A DNA stretch of 59,334 nucleotides, counting the filler, from Sphacelaria rigidula (Eukaryota), in the NCBI GenBank assembly GCA_964200075.2. It is 9 parts of 9 records of this genome, joined end to end, with 100 filler letters (N's around TTAATTAATTAA, not from the genome) between each part and the next. Parts side by side here need not be neighbours in the genome. Positions count along the whole stretch, not along the records: positions 1 to 6,504 come from CAXNAA020019686.1; positions 6,605 to 13,108 come from CAXNAA020019687.1; 7 more parts are not named here. One strand, 5' to 3'. A program made the translations under genes and the position numbers. Of the stretch, positions 1 to 12,650 are shown piece by piece. Under the pieces are notes generated by a model. That model saw only the letters and a program-made list of their open reading frames with translations. It searched no databases and had not been told where the DNA came from. Position 1 is the first letter of the stretch; every line of letters starts with the position of its first letter.

Positions 1-382
1 ACTGAATACATGACCGCGGTGTTGGTAGTCGATCTGGACCACGTGTACTTTTTCCAAGTGAATATTGATGCCGATTCAGCAGGTGACCTACTCTCGCGGT
101 CTGACGGTTAAGCCCTCCTGCAGAATTTGGGGGGGGAAGATACTTTCGCTCTGTGTTACTCTTTCGTATCTTCCCTGCAATGGAGGGATGGGACTTCAAC
201 CTCATTTTTTGTTTCAACCCCAAAAAATATGGATCGGCTGTTACAGGGAGAGTTGACAGAAGAAAGACAAAGCTGGCGGCTGCTTCATGTCAGGGCTCCA
301 GTGCAGAAGCCAAGGCATCGAGAGCGATTTCAGCACGAGTACGTGCGCTACATCTGCTGGCGACCGCGGTCATGTATTCAGT
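1..382. mobile_element. MITE with 20-bp terminal inverted repeats; dispersed family
   Basis: 1-20 ACTGAATACATGACCGCGGT is the exact reverse complement of 363-382. The body recurs inverted at about 18964-19180 and partially at about 26535-26610 and 58790-58875. Confidence 0.75.
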
Positions 383-1012
383 AACTGTCTGTATATACTA
401 TTAATTATATTAGAATGAGATGCAAACTATGCGATGTTTGACAACGGTTCCAGCGGAGAAGCCAAGGCGCGAAGAGTGATTTTGATTGCAGACTGCACAC
501 CATGTGTACCTGGGCTGCAGAGCCACGATGTTCAAATTGTTCAAATTCACTGTAGTTCCGTTGGTGTGCAGCGGCCACAACATCTGCTGTTCGTGCTCTT
601 GTCTTGTCATCTTCACAATGACGGTAAACGTGGGGTGGCAGCTTGGGGGCGTGTGCTTCCCGACTGGTACAGGCAAAGGCAGGACACTCGCTAATGCGAC
701 AAGATTGTCATCTACTGATGTGGAGCGAGCTTTCCGGAGGAACAAAATCACCTCAACACCGCCCACTCTCAGACTTGAATAAATGTACTAGAAATATAGT
801 TCATTTCTCATGGGCCAAATCGTCATTTGTAGGTGACGCTTGTATTTTCCGTTGATACTGTATGGCTCGTTGGATCACCGGCCACTTCTGACGCTTGTAG
901 CGGAAGGAATATGGCTTCACTTTTGTTGGTGTGCCTATGTGGCAATTGTCTTCTGCAGTTTATGCAGAGGTGCAGAGAGTGACGATTAAGTCACTTGACT
1001 TGAGAATGGAGA

Positions 1013-1338
1013 TGTTGAACTTGGCGCTTGTGTGGCCGAAGACTCTAACTCATGGAAGAGAAGAGTTTGAGAAGAGAAGCAGGAGAGGAGTGATCAGGTG
1101 GGCGAGCACCAAGTGTGCGAGCCTACCGATCAGCTAATGAACTTCCAGAACTTCCAGACGTCTAGAATACTCGCGGGATATTACAATCGATAACTCCCGA
1201 TTAATCCCCCGAATACTTGTTCTGGAAACATAATGTACCGCAGAATATACCGCAGACTATTTGTGATTTCTTACTTGTTTACGATAACCTACGATAGATA
1301 GTAGTCGTTACCGACGACTGATATTGAATATTCCAACA
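1013..1338 (-). mobile_element. Copia-type 3' LTR (about 326 bp) with adjacent polypurine tract
   Basis: Termini are TGTTG...CAACA. On the minus strand it is immediately preceded by TTGAGGGGGAG (1339-1349), a canonical Copia PPT, and it lies downstream of the minus-strand RNase H coding region. Confidence 0.75.
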
Positions 1339-1921
1339 CTCCCCCTCAATGGAAAGTCATCTCAAAGGAAAGTAATCCAAAGGAGGAATTGTTTTATGCA
1401 AAAACGTTTACGCGAAATATTTTACTTCCACTTGCGACCAACAGAGATCGAACAAAGATATCTCACGCTTCCTTATCTAGTATGTACGGTAGATGCAGCA
1501 AATGAAAAGAACACAAGAATGCTGTCTACAAGGAGCCAACAATTTTAGCCTAGATATTCCAGCTACTCAGGAAATGCAGAAAGTATGCACAAATCTTCTG
1601 AGGTTGCTACTTCGGAGCATATGCTATAAGCCACTGCTTTTACGATCATACTTAAAGATTTGCACGTAGGCGCTACAGGAATATGCGCAAGAAACACAAG
1701 AAAAACGAGTTGCAGTGATATACTGCTGTTTGCTGCTCTGCTTCTGGCAGAAGAAGAGGTTTCTCGCTGCGGACGATGCGTAGAGTTGCTCTTGGCGGAA
1801 TATTATTTCTCCCCCCACAATTCGTTGCGGGAGAACATGTCGATGACGAGATGTACAGAAGATTCCGCCCGGACTATCCCATGGCGATGGTGAGGAGCCC
1901 GATCCTTGAGTTTTGGCGTCG

Positions 1922-4500
1922 TCACTTGAACTGGAGGAGTTTCCGCATGAGGCTGTCTTGTACCTCGCGGACGCAGTACTTGGTGCAAAGGTCGGCCAAC
2001 ATGTGGCGGCCTGGAATGAAGTTTAGCTTGATGATACCTTGACGGATCCATTCGCGGAGTGCGGCGAAGCGGACGGCGATGTGCCGCGACCTCTGGCTGA
2101 AATTCGCCTCCGACGCTAGGGTCAGGGAGCTCCGGTTGTCCGCATACAGGGTGAAGGTGCGTTGTCGTGACCATCCTAGCTCCCCCAGCATAGAAGAGAA
2201 GTAGAGCCCATGCTTGGCGGGACTGTTCATTGCGATGAGCTCCGCCTTCGATGTCGATTGCGCGGTTATGCGCTGAACTTGACTGTCGAAGTGAATGAGC
2301 CCTGCACTCGGAAGAACCATTGATCCGGTGATGGGTTTGCTTGATGATCTAGATGCGTAGGAGGCGTCGCTGTAGCAGGTAATGCTGAAGTCGCTGGCGC
2401 GCCTGTAGGTAATGACGAGACCTGGGTTGCGCTTGAGGTACTGAAGAATCCTTTTGGCATTAGCTGCGCTCGCAGTGGTCGGACTTGACATGTGCCGTGC
2501 TACCTGCATGACGGCATGCGCGATATCGAATCTTGTGCAATTCACCAGGAAGATGAGGCTCCCCACCAGGCTCTGGTAGTCCTTTTTTTCGCTAGCGGAA
2601 ATAAGTGCAGATTCACCAGTGGCGTTGTTGAGCTCGGCTCCTGTCCCTGGAGTGTGCGAGGGATTGCACGTATCCATGCCATAACGCTTGAGCACAGACG
2701 TGGTGTATTTCTCCTGGCTGAGGCTTATTGTGTCGTTCTCCAGGTCTTGGTGAATGTCGATGCCGAGAGTCTGACTCGCATGACCAAGATCATTCATCTT
2801 GAATTATTGCTGAAGTTCATGACGCGCTTGATGCAGCACATCTGTAGAAGGACCCGTGAGAAGAATGTCGTCGTCGTCCTGTCGGTTGTTGATATTGTGA
2901 CGTTCGTCGTTGTCCTTGTTGGAATCCAGGAATGTAATTCCATCGTGGGCTCCAGATCCGCCGTGTCGACTACAGCTCAGGGGTTCCGAAACCGGCTCGA
3001 TGCAGGTGACCTTCCAGGAGGTTGTAATGCGTCCCGTAGCCCGATCGTAGATATGAAAGGTTGGGCTGTCGTCGTTGTAGCCAACCAAAACACATTCCCC
3101 CGCTTTTGGCTGCAGCTGGTGGTATGACCTTCAACGTGGACGAAGGCCCTGGAGCCGAGGATCCGAAGAAAGGAAAGGTTTGCCTGCTTGCCGAACATGC
3201 GATGGTAGGGCGTGTCCCCTTGTAGAGCCTTGTGCGGTAGGCGGTTTATTAGGAATGCCACGGTTGCCGCAATCTCCCCCCATCGGTGCTTAGGTAGACC
3301 CGCTTCGTTCAGGAGGCAGCGGGTCATGTCCATGATGGTCCACCCGTCGCGCTCCGATATGCCGTTTTGTTGCGGCGTATGCGGGGAGCTGAACTGCTGT
3401 ATGATCCCCGTAGTATTGCAGTAGTCGCGGAACGCAGTGCTGACATACTCCCCGCCGTTGTCCGAATGTAGACGTTGTACCCGTAGACCGAGTGGAATGG
3501 AGAGGTCTTGAACGAACCGTACCAGAGAAGAAAGGGCGGGACTTTCCCTCTCGAGGAAGCAGACGGCCTTGAGCCTGGAGTAATGATCGGTAAACTCGGC
3601 CATGTACTGGTAGCCAACGATCGTAGTTGGAGTGACGGGCCATAGAAGGTCCGTGCTGACGAGTTGAAGTCGTTGCGTGGCGCCTGTGCTCCTGGTCTTG
3701 GGATGATGCCGATGTGTGCTTTTGTTTATCTTGCACGTCCCGCACGCTGATAAGGAGTCGAAAAACGCGACCCCGCTCTCTTTCATCCGCCCGACTTGAA
3801 GTAGCACTTGGGCATCGGGATGTCCGAGTTGCTGATGCCACGTGTTGGCCGTCGATGTAGCCGCTGAGGAGGCACATGCTGTTTTTTCCGGGTCCTGGAT
3901 CAAAGAGGCACTGGATGCTACATTCGCTCTTTCAGCCGGCAGATTTGCACCGGAGATGATTATAAAACCGTGCTGAGTGCAGATGCTGTCCGGTGCGGTA
4001 GTCAGATCTCTCGAATAGGTAACTTGAAGTCTCCCATTCTTATGAAAGGGAAATCATCAAAAACCAATGACCTCCCTCTTTGCACTGCTGTTCCTCCCGA
4101 GAACAGGTGACGACCCAGCCCTGGTACGATGGTGAAGGGCAGCAGGACCTTGTGCTCGGCCCCGGTTTGGTCCCGTGTGACGACCTTCATTTTTCATCTG
4201 CCGGTGCCGTGGAGTTTTTCCTTGCCGACGACATTGATGACGATCGGTGGTTCGTACTTCTGATACTCGATCATCCGGTGCTGAAGATTTAGAAGCAAGT
4301 CAGGGTCGACGAAGTGGTTGTTTGCGCCGGTGTCGACAGTCATGGTGAAGCGCGAAGGAGCAGCGGCGGTGTTCAGGCTGCTGCTGGCGACGAAGGAGTA
4401 ACCCATTCCGCAGGAGGTGAAGGGTCTGAAGGCAATGGATCTGAAGCCTGTTGAGTGGTGGCAGTCGCGGAAGTTGGAGTAGATGATCCGGCTGTGTTGT
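1922..4500 (-). pseudogene. Decayed Ty1/Copia pol: protease, integrase, partial RT, RNase H
   Basis: Minus-strand ORFs show protease VDTGANNH (about 4330), the integrase zinc-binding region WHQQLGH...CGTC, and the core STDL...TDHYSR...LHSDNGGEY...PQQNGISER (2977-3903). RT C-half DDILLTG, MNDLG...LGIDI and YQSLVGSLIFLVNCTRFDI and RNase H YSDASYA...STSKAEL...DN...ADLCTK follow (1922-2797). The PR-IN-RT-RH order is Copia. There are frameshifts, a stop codon and a deletion of the RT N-half. Confidence 0.95.
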
Positions 4501-5143
4501 AGTGTCCCACCACAGTAGTAGACCCCGGTGTCAACACAGGATCTTACAAATTGGGGATGGATCTTTTTGGGGGGATGGGCGAGGTCGAAAGTTGGATCGA
4601 AAAGTGCCCAAAACATCTCTCGGAAATATTGTTCTGTCAATATATCTGACAGTCACCGGAGATTTCGGCGGGCGTTCAGCGGAGGTATACGGATGTGACT
4701 ACTGCCGAGTTTTATTGATCCGCACTACTACTACTATACTGCTGTACCGTATGCACTTGTTGTACAGTATATAAACATGGCATCGTGCCGCGGATGTCGC
4801 CCTGCTGCATTCACTGCGACGAGCAGATGTACCAGGAAAACATTTTGGAACACGCCGTCCCTACTATCAACAGTGTCAACTACTTAATATTGGTGGCACC
4901 GCGTTTCATGAACGCGAACCTCAGATTCGTTGTAGTGACCAAAGGTAAGCAAAAAAAAAGCCCTGGACCCCCTCCCCATTTTCCCCTGTGTAGGCCGGCC
5001 GAGGTGTGAAGGAGGGGGGAGGGGAGGTGTGGTAATGTTCACAGCACACTACATCCTACACAAAACAAGTCACCTGACCTTAGACTGGGGACGAAAGTAC
5101 TGGAACTGGGGACGGGGTGGTGGTATTTCTCACTGTATACTAA

Positions 5144-5440
5144 GCCGCGCCCTGGTGGTCTGATGGTCCGACTGTCGCCATCAGGGGCGCAGAGGACGAG
5201 CGTTCGATTCCCCGCGTGTTGCTTTTCTTCTTCGCACTATGTGATGTCCACCGTGGGAAGCGTGAGGACGTGAGTAAACAACGTTGTCGGCTGAGTTTGT
5301 TTGACGGGGGTTGACGCGGTGGGGGAGTGCTCATCCAATCCGTGGGACCAAAATGCAAGGCGTGTACCGAAAAGAGATGAGTTAATCCCTTGAGACCACG
5401 GACTCGTCCCGAGGAAGGGGAGGGGTTCAAAGTGCGACGA
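5144..5440 (+). mobile_element. tRNA-derived SINE-like element
   Basis: A-box-like TGGTCTGATGG (about 5156) and B-box GTTCGATTC (about 5202), with no intact cloverleaf. Downstream parts recur at about 32617-32675 and 47783-47865. A related head lies inverted at about 7145-7200. Confidence 0.55.
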
Positions 5441-6504
5441 ATACAAAAAATAAAAATTTAAAATATTACAAAATCCCATAGAAACAGAGAAACAACACTG
5501 ATTCCTATATTAAAACACGAGAAAAACAATATTTTTCGTGCCGCCCGAGGGGTGTGTGTGTGTGGAGGGGGCGGGGGGTTGTGAGGTTTCACACTATTGT
5601 TTTTTGCCCACCCTCCTAGTAACTCGCATTATTGTTGATATTCAGCGTGGTGCTGTTGTTTCGAAGTACGTAACCATCAACCATCTATCCCTCCGTACTC
5701 CGTGCTGTCACTTAAGTTACTACTTACTGTACTCACTATGACCGCGGCATTCTTTCTTGCGCGCGGGCACATCCACCCTTTCTGATATGATGACCATAGC
5801 ACACACATACAGTTGCTGGATGGCCCCGCTACTATTTCTCACCCCCGCACCGACCCCGCCATAGCCACAAGGTAAGTAGGTAGGTGCGCCAGGCGGGAAA
5901 TTGCTGGAAAGCATCCCTTCTGGTACGAACAGTGTAACAACAAGTGGTTGGTGGTACCACGGAACCGCGAGAAGAACGTACGATATGTGTTGAACGTAGT
6001 AGGGTGACCTTTTTGAAGCCCGCATTCATCAACTGTCAATGGCATATGTTGTCTTTCAAAACCACGGGCATCTACCACGTCCTCTGTAGGTGTTACTTTT
6101 GTTTGACATTCCGCCAACACGTTGCCCTCATCACTTAGTCGATGCCGTCCGACCAACGCCACAAGGCCCCGTTTCCTACCCCACTTCACTCCCTGCCTCG
6201 ACTTCTACGCTCCCCACCCCCCCACCCTCCCTGGCTTCACTCGCGGCCCTTAATGTCGCCAACAACTTAGATGGGATCTTCTTCCCTTTGCCGATGAGTG
6301 CGGTGCACGTTGCAGCAGTTCTAGACATGGGCTCCCAGCTGGATTCCTTTTCCCGCTTCCGCTTAGAGCGCCCCGCTTCCACCACTAGTCTCACAGAATA
6401 CGTAGCTCTCCGCGAACGCGACTTTCCCGTACTCGTCAAGGCTCATGGATGCGGCACGTCTAAGAATGGCATCGCGGCACGGCCGTAGCCAATGCAGATC
6501 CACC

Positions 6505-6604
6505 NNNNNNNNNNNNNNNNNNNNNNNNNNNNNNNNNNNNNNNNNNNNTTAATTAATTAANNNNNNNNNNNNNNNNNNNNNNNNNNNNNNNNNNNNNNNN
6601 NNNN
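6505..6604. other. Artificial contig-joining linker N44-TTAATTAATTAA-N44 (also 13109-13208, 19713-19812, 26317-26416, 32921-33020, 39525-39624, 46129-46228, 52732-52831)
   Basis: An identical 100-nt spacer that places stops in all six frames, recurring every 6604/6603 nt. Confidence 0.98.
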
Positions 6605-6725
6605 CCCTGCAGTAAGGGAGGCGAAGGGGTGATCGCCACCCCCTCACCCCCCCCCCCCTCCCCCCCCCCCCCTGCCCCTCCCCCCCCCCCCCCCATGCTT
6701 CCATCCTCGCTCGCCCCCGTCGTAG

Positions 6726-6892
6726 ACATTGGGAACTCTATCTCAGCAGTGGCGTTTTTTGAAGGGAGGCTATATGCGGCTGACTACTCTAAGAAATGCC
6801 TGTGGTTCTTCGAAAACGACCAGAATGGTGCGCCGGACATGGAGAAGCCAATCATCATTGCAGAGGGTGCAGGGGCCGAGCTGGTCGACCTG
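6726..6892 (+). CDS. Exon of glucose/sorbosone dehydrogenase-like (PQQ beta-propeller) PKD-domain protein
   Basis: Pyrimidine tract plus TAG acceptor and GTAAG donor. Encodes IGNSISAVAFFEGRLYAADYSKKCLWFFENDQNGAPDMEKPIIIAEGAGAELVDL, resembling the SISG.AF...LFFADYS..CIW...PVDL segment of bacterial GSDH-PKD proteins. Confidence 0.8.
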
Positions 6893-9800
6893 GTAAGATG
6901 TTTGTGGTATACGTTTTCTTTTCTTTCATTTTCCGTCGCACTTTCAGCCTCCACCCTCTCTCGGCACGATCCCATGACCCCACTGGGTCAGGCCGTCTTC
7001 ATCTCGGTACACGCCTTCCGTTTTGTAATCGCGGATTGGATAATGACTAAGACTCCCCCGCTGCGTCGCCTCTCGTCAAACAAACTCTATTCGCTTCTGA
7101 CGTCCTCATGTTTTTAAACGACGGGAATAAGATAATTACATGTTGTGGGAATCAAATCGACAAGGGTTAGACCTGACCCATTAAACCACCGGGGCGCGAC
7201 AGTGTTGCAACGATTTTTAAAAGAGGAAATGCTTTCAACATGCAGTCACGATACGATGTATTGGGTGGCCAGGTTTCTTGCAATATCGTTTTTTTTGTAA
7301 CTGGAAGGTATTGGTGGTGCAGGGCTCTTGCGAGGAATGCACGTTTCTTTCATGCGTAAGGTGTCCCTGCCAATCAGGGTAGATCACAGCACTTCTGTCG
7401 TCCGTGAGTCACGTTTACCTTGTATGGTGAAGTCGACCATCGTGTGTGAGAGGTACGGAGGCGACTTGATTGACGTGGGTAGGTTGCCACCAGTGTACGT
7501 GACTTTTGATGGTTAGCGGCTTCATAATACCGAGCGGGTATGGTCGATACGCGCTGATGTCCGCAAGCGAGTACTGTTGAGAAGACACTCGGTATTGTGT
7601 AGCTTCGAAATTGAAAAGTGCACAGCTATACAAATGTTGACTACGGCGGGAGCACACATCTCCCGATGCAATGAAGTGCAACGGGGAAAGCATGAAGCCT
7701 GCCGTTCGTCTAATTTCTAGCGTAAGCAGAACTGTTAGGTAGCGTACAAACTCAAATATTTTCAGTCTGACCTGATTCGTGTGCGCCCCATCTATTTACT
7801 CCCCGCTTCTCACCACGTCCACTACAGCACTCGTCTTCTGTTCAGCTTGTGCACATTGCACTATTTAAGGCGTACGCCGTTAATTTTAGGACAAAGCGCG
7901 TAGATTACACAGGCAGTAAAACTACCCCCCCTTCGTTGAATATGACCCTCGAAGTGACAAAGCAGCCACAGTAGAGGGTACCAGGATCAGAGTATCCAAG
8001 AGTATCGACATAGGTTCGGGCCGGTACTGCCACCTGTGATACAGTCAATATTCAGATGAAACGTGGCCTTGCCGCTGCTGGCGCAAAAAGCACAGATCAT
8101 CGCCAATCTTTGTCCATTAATATCACTGTAAATTCAACACACGCACCAACCGTGCCGTTCGATAGCAATCCACGACCGCCCCACACCTTGCGCCCCGATT
8201 GCCTGCCCTTCCTGGCCATCATATTGTCGACGGCAATACGATATGACCGAACACGTAACGCAATGGATTCGAGGTAAAAAGTCGAAAGTGTGCCCTTGCT
8301 TGGTCGTGGGCACCCTCAGTTGCTCACGAGTACTCTTGCGTCCTTCGCAGGCAACGCCGATAGGCAGATACCCGAGTCCGCGCTGTCTCCCACGAATATC
8401 TTCCTGAACATAAACATCAAACGCAAAGGGTCTCGCCGCGGAAAAGGGTCGTGCACGCGTATGGCTGCACTTCCGCAAGAACTCACTGCTCGATCACCCG
8501 AGATGGCTCTTCCTCCCTTGCCCTGGGCCCTTTCGGAAATCCCAATATCTCGCTTCTCGTGGCTTCGTTTTGACAGGTCGACGGGAAGGATGGTTTCCTG
8601 TATGGCACGAACTTTGCTCTCAGCAAGCTTCTCAGGATTCAGGTGCTGCATATACAGTATGCATTGCTTGAATACATACTCTTGCCGTGTTCTCTTCCTA
8701 TTTCTGCGTCCTCGATACCCATGTAGGCTACGGTTCCTCTGATGAGTTCCTGTAGTTAGTTCATGTTCGTGCACGTCCGGGCGAGTTTTAAATAAGCCAT
8801 TACACCAAATGTCGTGCATGGTCGCTAGCGTGAACTCGATATTTCGTCTCGCCGCAGTGGGGAAGTTCCATCGTCGGAATTTCCCAACACGCATCTCTTG
8901 CACAGGTCATGCATGGTTCGTTCACTTCTACCTGGTTTGGGGTAGTGCCCATGCTCTAGGCGTCCTTGTCCCCTTGCTTGTTTAACTCAGCACATGACAG
9001 TAGCATTGGATTATTTTCGTCGCATAAACGCCACCTTCTTCATCCCCAGCGCTCCAGTGGTGTGTTCTCTATAGGGTTTGATGCTATCTTTCTGCGCTTC
9101 ATCTTTTTCTTATTTTTACCGCCATCGGTCTGAAAATCAAAATATTTTGTGTTCATGCCGCAGGCCCAGGATGTGGGCTCACGGGACTAGAATGTTGGAA
9201 ATCCATGACGTGCGTATCCTTCCCGTGATTTGTATTTTACCGTCGCACACAGGCTGCCGACCTCGATCCCGCAAATGACAGCGGAAACATGGGAAGTGCC
9301 CAGTCGCCGACACCGGCCCCAGCTGTGGATCAAGAAAAAAAAGAGGTCATCGACCAAACCGAAGAAGGACAAGTTTCAGAGGCAAGTGGAACGAAGACAT
9401 GAAAAATCATTCGCCAAACCAGGTGCAAAGGAATATTGCAAGTACGATCAATTCTTCCAAAAGAAAGAAGAAGGAAAATGAATTGAATCGAAGCCCTGGG
9501 AGAAATCTGAGTGGGAATTGTCAGGAGAAGACAGCACGGGCGATGAAAAGAGACACAGGCAATTGGACCTATTTAAAGGGAGACCGGTTGAAAGCGTCAC
9601 GACAGTAGCGCGCCAACCATCGAGCGACTACGTCGAGCGAAGGTGGGGAAAATCCTCCTTTCTTTCCCTGCTTGATAAACGCGAGAGTATCGCCCCCGAT
9701 CGCGTTCTTCACGGTTGAGTTGTGAGCACCCTATTTTCATGTTTAGGCTGTCAACTAATACCCGTGATACATGCACATTTTGTTTTTGCTGAGCGGGCGC

Positions 9801-10176
9801 GCTTCGCTTCCGTTGTACATTTGTGCGAAGTTCCGTTGCTGCAAAAAATCGCGCAAACCGGAAGGCATGATAGAGTACCCCTGGTCCAATCGCACACCAG
9901 ACTCAAGTATGCGACGTTTTCCTGTGCGTTACATGTTCATGTGCCAGCTATGACTGCATGCTTAGAAGCAGATGGGAGTGATTTCGTCACCCGTGAGTGC
10001 TAGATTCGACGTGTACACGGAACAAATGCATTTGTTTCACCATGGCTGCATCTGTGTGCAGTTGTCCGTAGCACGTACACTTCGCCCTTCTAATATACGT
10101 AAAACACAACCGTCCCCATTCACTCCACCTCCATGTCGTTTCACCGCATCCCCGCTTGTTTTGCTGGTAATCGTAG

Positions 10177-10361
10177 GATGGAAACGACACAAGTACCCAG
10201 AACGAGGACTTACCACCTCCCGATGCTAGACTAAGCTTGAAAATTGGAAACAAGACGTGCTTCGACGGCAGCGATGCTTGCGAGGTGGACAAAGGATCGC
10301 GGGTGACTCTGAGTGGTGCACAGTCGGGCAGCTACGGCAACACGATCATCACCACATACAT
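10177..10361 (+). CDS. Exon of the same gene: linker and start of PKD domain
   Basis: CGTAG acceptor after a pyrimidine tract and GTGAG donor. Encodes DGNDTSTQNEDLPPPDARLSLKIGNKTCFDGSDACEVDKGSRVTLSGAQSGSYGNTIITTY(M), phase 0 to phase 2. Confidence 0.75.
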
Positions 10362-10924
10362 GTGAGACATGGTTCCCCGAGAGAAACGCCAACGATCGTG
10401 ACACAGCACGGCTTCATGTACTCACGTAGTTTCGGCCAAGAGTTGGACGTGCGACCCTCTGTTTAATCTTCCCGAGAATCTACACTAGTTGACGCAAACC
10501 ATAACCCGCTACACATGAGAGAAGCGTTTCAACCCTTTAATGTGTATGTCTTTGCGTACTTCGTTGTTCTGTGACCCCCGCACCGAGTGCATGAAACGCG
10601 CAACGTCCAAAGCAACGCACTGTGGCAGCTATAACGGTAATACCAGCACCGACACCTCCAACTGCACTTGACAAACTTCATTTATTCAGACTTCAAGGAA
10701 GAGCGTACGGGCTTCCCCGTTCCCCCTACGAGCTGGGCCAGCTTACAAGCTGCTAGAACTTGCTCACACCACAGCTTCCCCAGTTTCCCGAATGAACCCG
10801 ATGTAAGCATATCACTATGAAGCGTACACCAACCTGGTGACACACGGCACCGCCGCTGAATGAAAAAAATGAAAAACAAATTTACGCATGATGTATAACC
10901 TTAACGACGGACGAAAACAAAGGG

Positions 10925-11000
10925 AATATGTCAGGATTCGAACTCATGACCTCAGTAATTGGAGTCTCCCATCACTTGATTTATCGGGGTGCAGCAGCGT
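10925..11000 (-). repeat. tRNA-derived SINE head remnant
   Basis: The minus strand contains the B-box GAGTTCGAATCC. No intact tRNA fold is present. Confidence 0.4.
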
Positions 11001-11470
11001 CACGGAAAATGTTGAACGNNNNNNNNNNCGACGACTCTTGAGCTGAAATTGCAGGAAGATCTTCTGCACCCAAGGAGCTGATACTTCACGTGTCCAGCTA
11101 CAGATTCTCGTTTCTTTCCAGGACTTATGACATTATCTTGTTTTTGCTGAAATTTCAAATGCCTACGACTCCTTATTTCTTCTTTTCTTTGCTGCTCACG
11201 TGATCTTCTGCATTTTGATTATAAAAAGCTGCTGTCAAAATTTCAGCGTCCAACTCCTGATATCGCGCCGTGCGTCGCCTGAACGGGATTCACACCTACT
11301 CTTGGCTGGCCCAGCTTGTAACCCCATCGCCAATCCATGAAATCCCTCAAAATATATTGGAACCTTCTGGTTTGATACGACGCGGTATTTTGTGTCGCCG
11401 ACAGCTGACTTCACCTTCCTACCCTGTCCGTAAAATCTGCGTGCGCGGAACATTTACACACGCGCTGAAG

Positions 11471-11564
11471 GCTGGATTTTGGCGATGGGAGCGATACCTA
11501 CAACGGAGTCAGCGATGGTCCGCACACACACACCTACAACAACAGTGGAGCATACGTGGCAAAG
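11471..11564 (+). CDS. Exon of the same gene: PKD core
   Basis: AAG acceptor and GTAAT donor. Encodes (M)LDFGDGSDTYNGVSDGPHTHTYNNSGAYVAK, containing the PKD signature (W)DFGDG...HTY...G.Y. Phase 2 to phase 0 fits both neighbouring exons. Confidence 0.85.
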
Positions 11565-11699
11565 GTAATCCTAGACGAAGAAACGTCATCATGTACTTCC
11601 TATCATAGTCCGAGTAGTACCTCGAAACCCTTGAAAATCAGCTCCAGGTGTACATATCTCATATAAAAGTCTACCGTGGTGGCTCATTGTATGTACAAT

Positions 11700-12070
11700 C
11701 GAGTCTTTCTACCAAAGTCCCCCCCAAAAAACCAGCCCGAAACTGTCACGAAGAGAATGGTCATAGAGCGCCCGACTTTGGTATCAGGCTGCATGAAGCG
11801 CCCCATATGGGCAACATCGGCGAAAACGAATCCAGGCGTGGGGATTGCCAGCTGCTGGTTGTGCTCCGGATTTATTATTTCGATGTACTTGTAAATTTTG
11901 ACTCCCAAAACCAGCCACTTTTGGGCGGGGGTGTTCTCATGATCATGCATGCCATAGTCATCAGACCATTGTTTTGGGCGGGGGGAGGGGGGGGGGTGTA
12001 CTCATGATCACGCATGCCATAGTCATAAGACCATTGACCTCGCATGCGGGGGGCATCGTAGAAAGTGTCA
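11700..12070. mobile_element. MITE interrupted by two G-tract retroelement insertions; intact sister copy at 37099-37349
   Basis: The body aligns to 37099-37349, which has TIRs GACACTTTCTACGATAGCCCC / GGGGCTATCGTAGAAAGTGTC. Here the right end is split by inserts at 11932-11971 and about 11997-12046. Confidence 0.75.
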
Positions 12071-12650
12071 ATCTCGCAATTTTCCTGGGCACCGGTGTTG
12101 GACATCGAAGATGGAGTCGTACACGCGAATGCGTAGTTTCCTCGTAGCCATTTGACTATTGGAGGTGAAAGTTGGATCATACACGTTGTAGTGTTCGGTA
12201 AGTGGAGTGATGCACGAGAATGTTTGATCACGTGTACATCACTCGACGATGAGGGGTAGTTGTGTACCTGAAATGGTAGTGTCTTTGGTATGTCTTGGCC
12301 ATTCTTGCAGCACAAACACAATGACCCGAGATACGACAGTAGCAAGATATTGGCGAACACCGCCACACAAGAGGCAATCCCCCCGCAACAACCCCAATCT
12401 CAGCCCTGTCCGGACTATGTCTAAACCTGAATTTACGGTACAAAATCACCCGGGTATAACCCTACAGTAGCGCTAAGCCTAACCCTCGCCATGGATACGG
12501 ACAGCAGAGCGTATCTGCCATTGCCGGCCCTGACTACGTGTTGCTCCCGGACATGATGCCCCACCTTTACATCTCAACCACGATCGCAACACTATCCGAA
12601 ACGTAAACTCCTATCAACACTCTCACCGTCGCACACCCATCAAACGTTAG

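Noticed and set aside
4630..4872. 5' LTR of the Copia element (TGTT...TCAACA)
   Set aside because: It has no similarity to the LTR at 1013-1338 and no TSD. At most it is an unrelated solo LTR.
5144..5217. tRNA gene
   Set aside because: A and B boxes are present but there is no consistent acceptor stem or anticodon arm. A SINE head explains it better.
6549..6560. TTAATTAATTAA recurring every 6.6 kb as a periodic biological repeat
   Set aside because: It is always centred in N-runs and is an assembly linker.
8316..9481. ORFs 8316-8903 (-) and Lys-rich 9230-9481 (+) in the GSDH intron
   Set aside because: I recognised no motif and could not fit them convincingly into the host exon chain. They may be TE debris.
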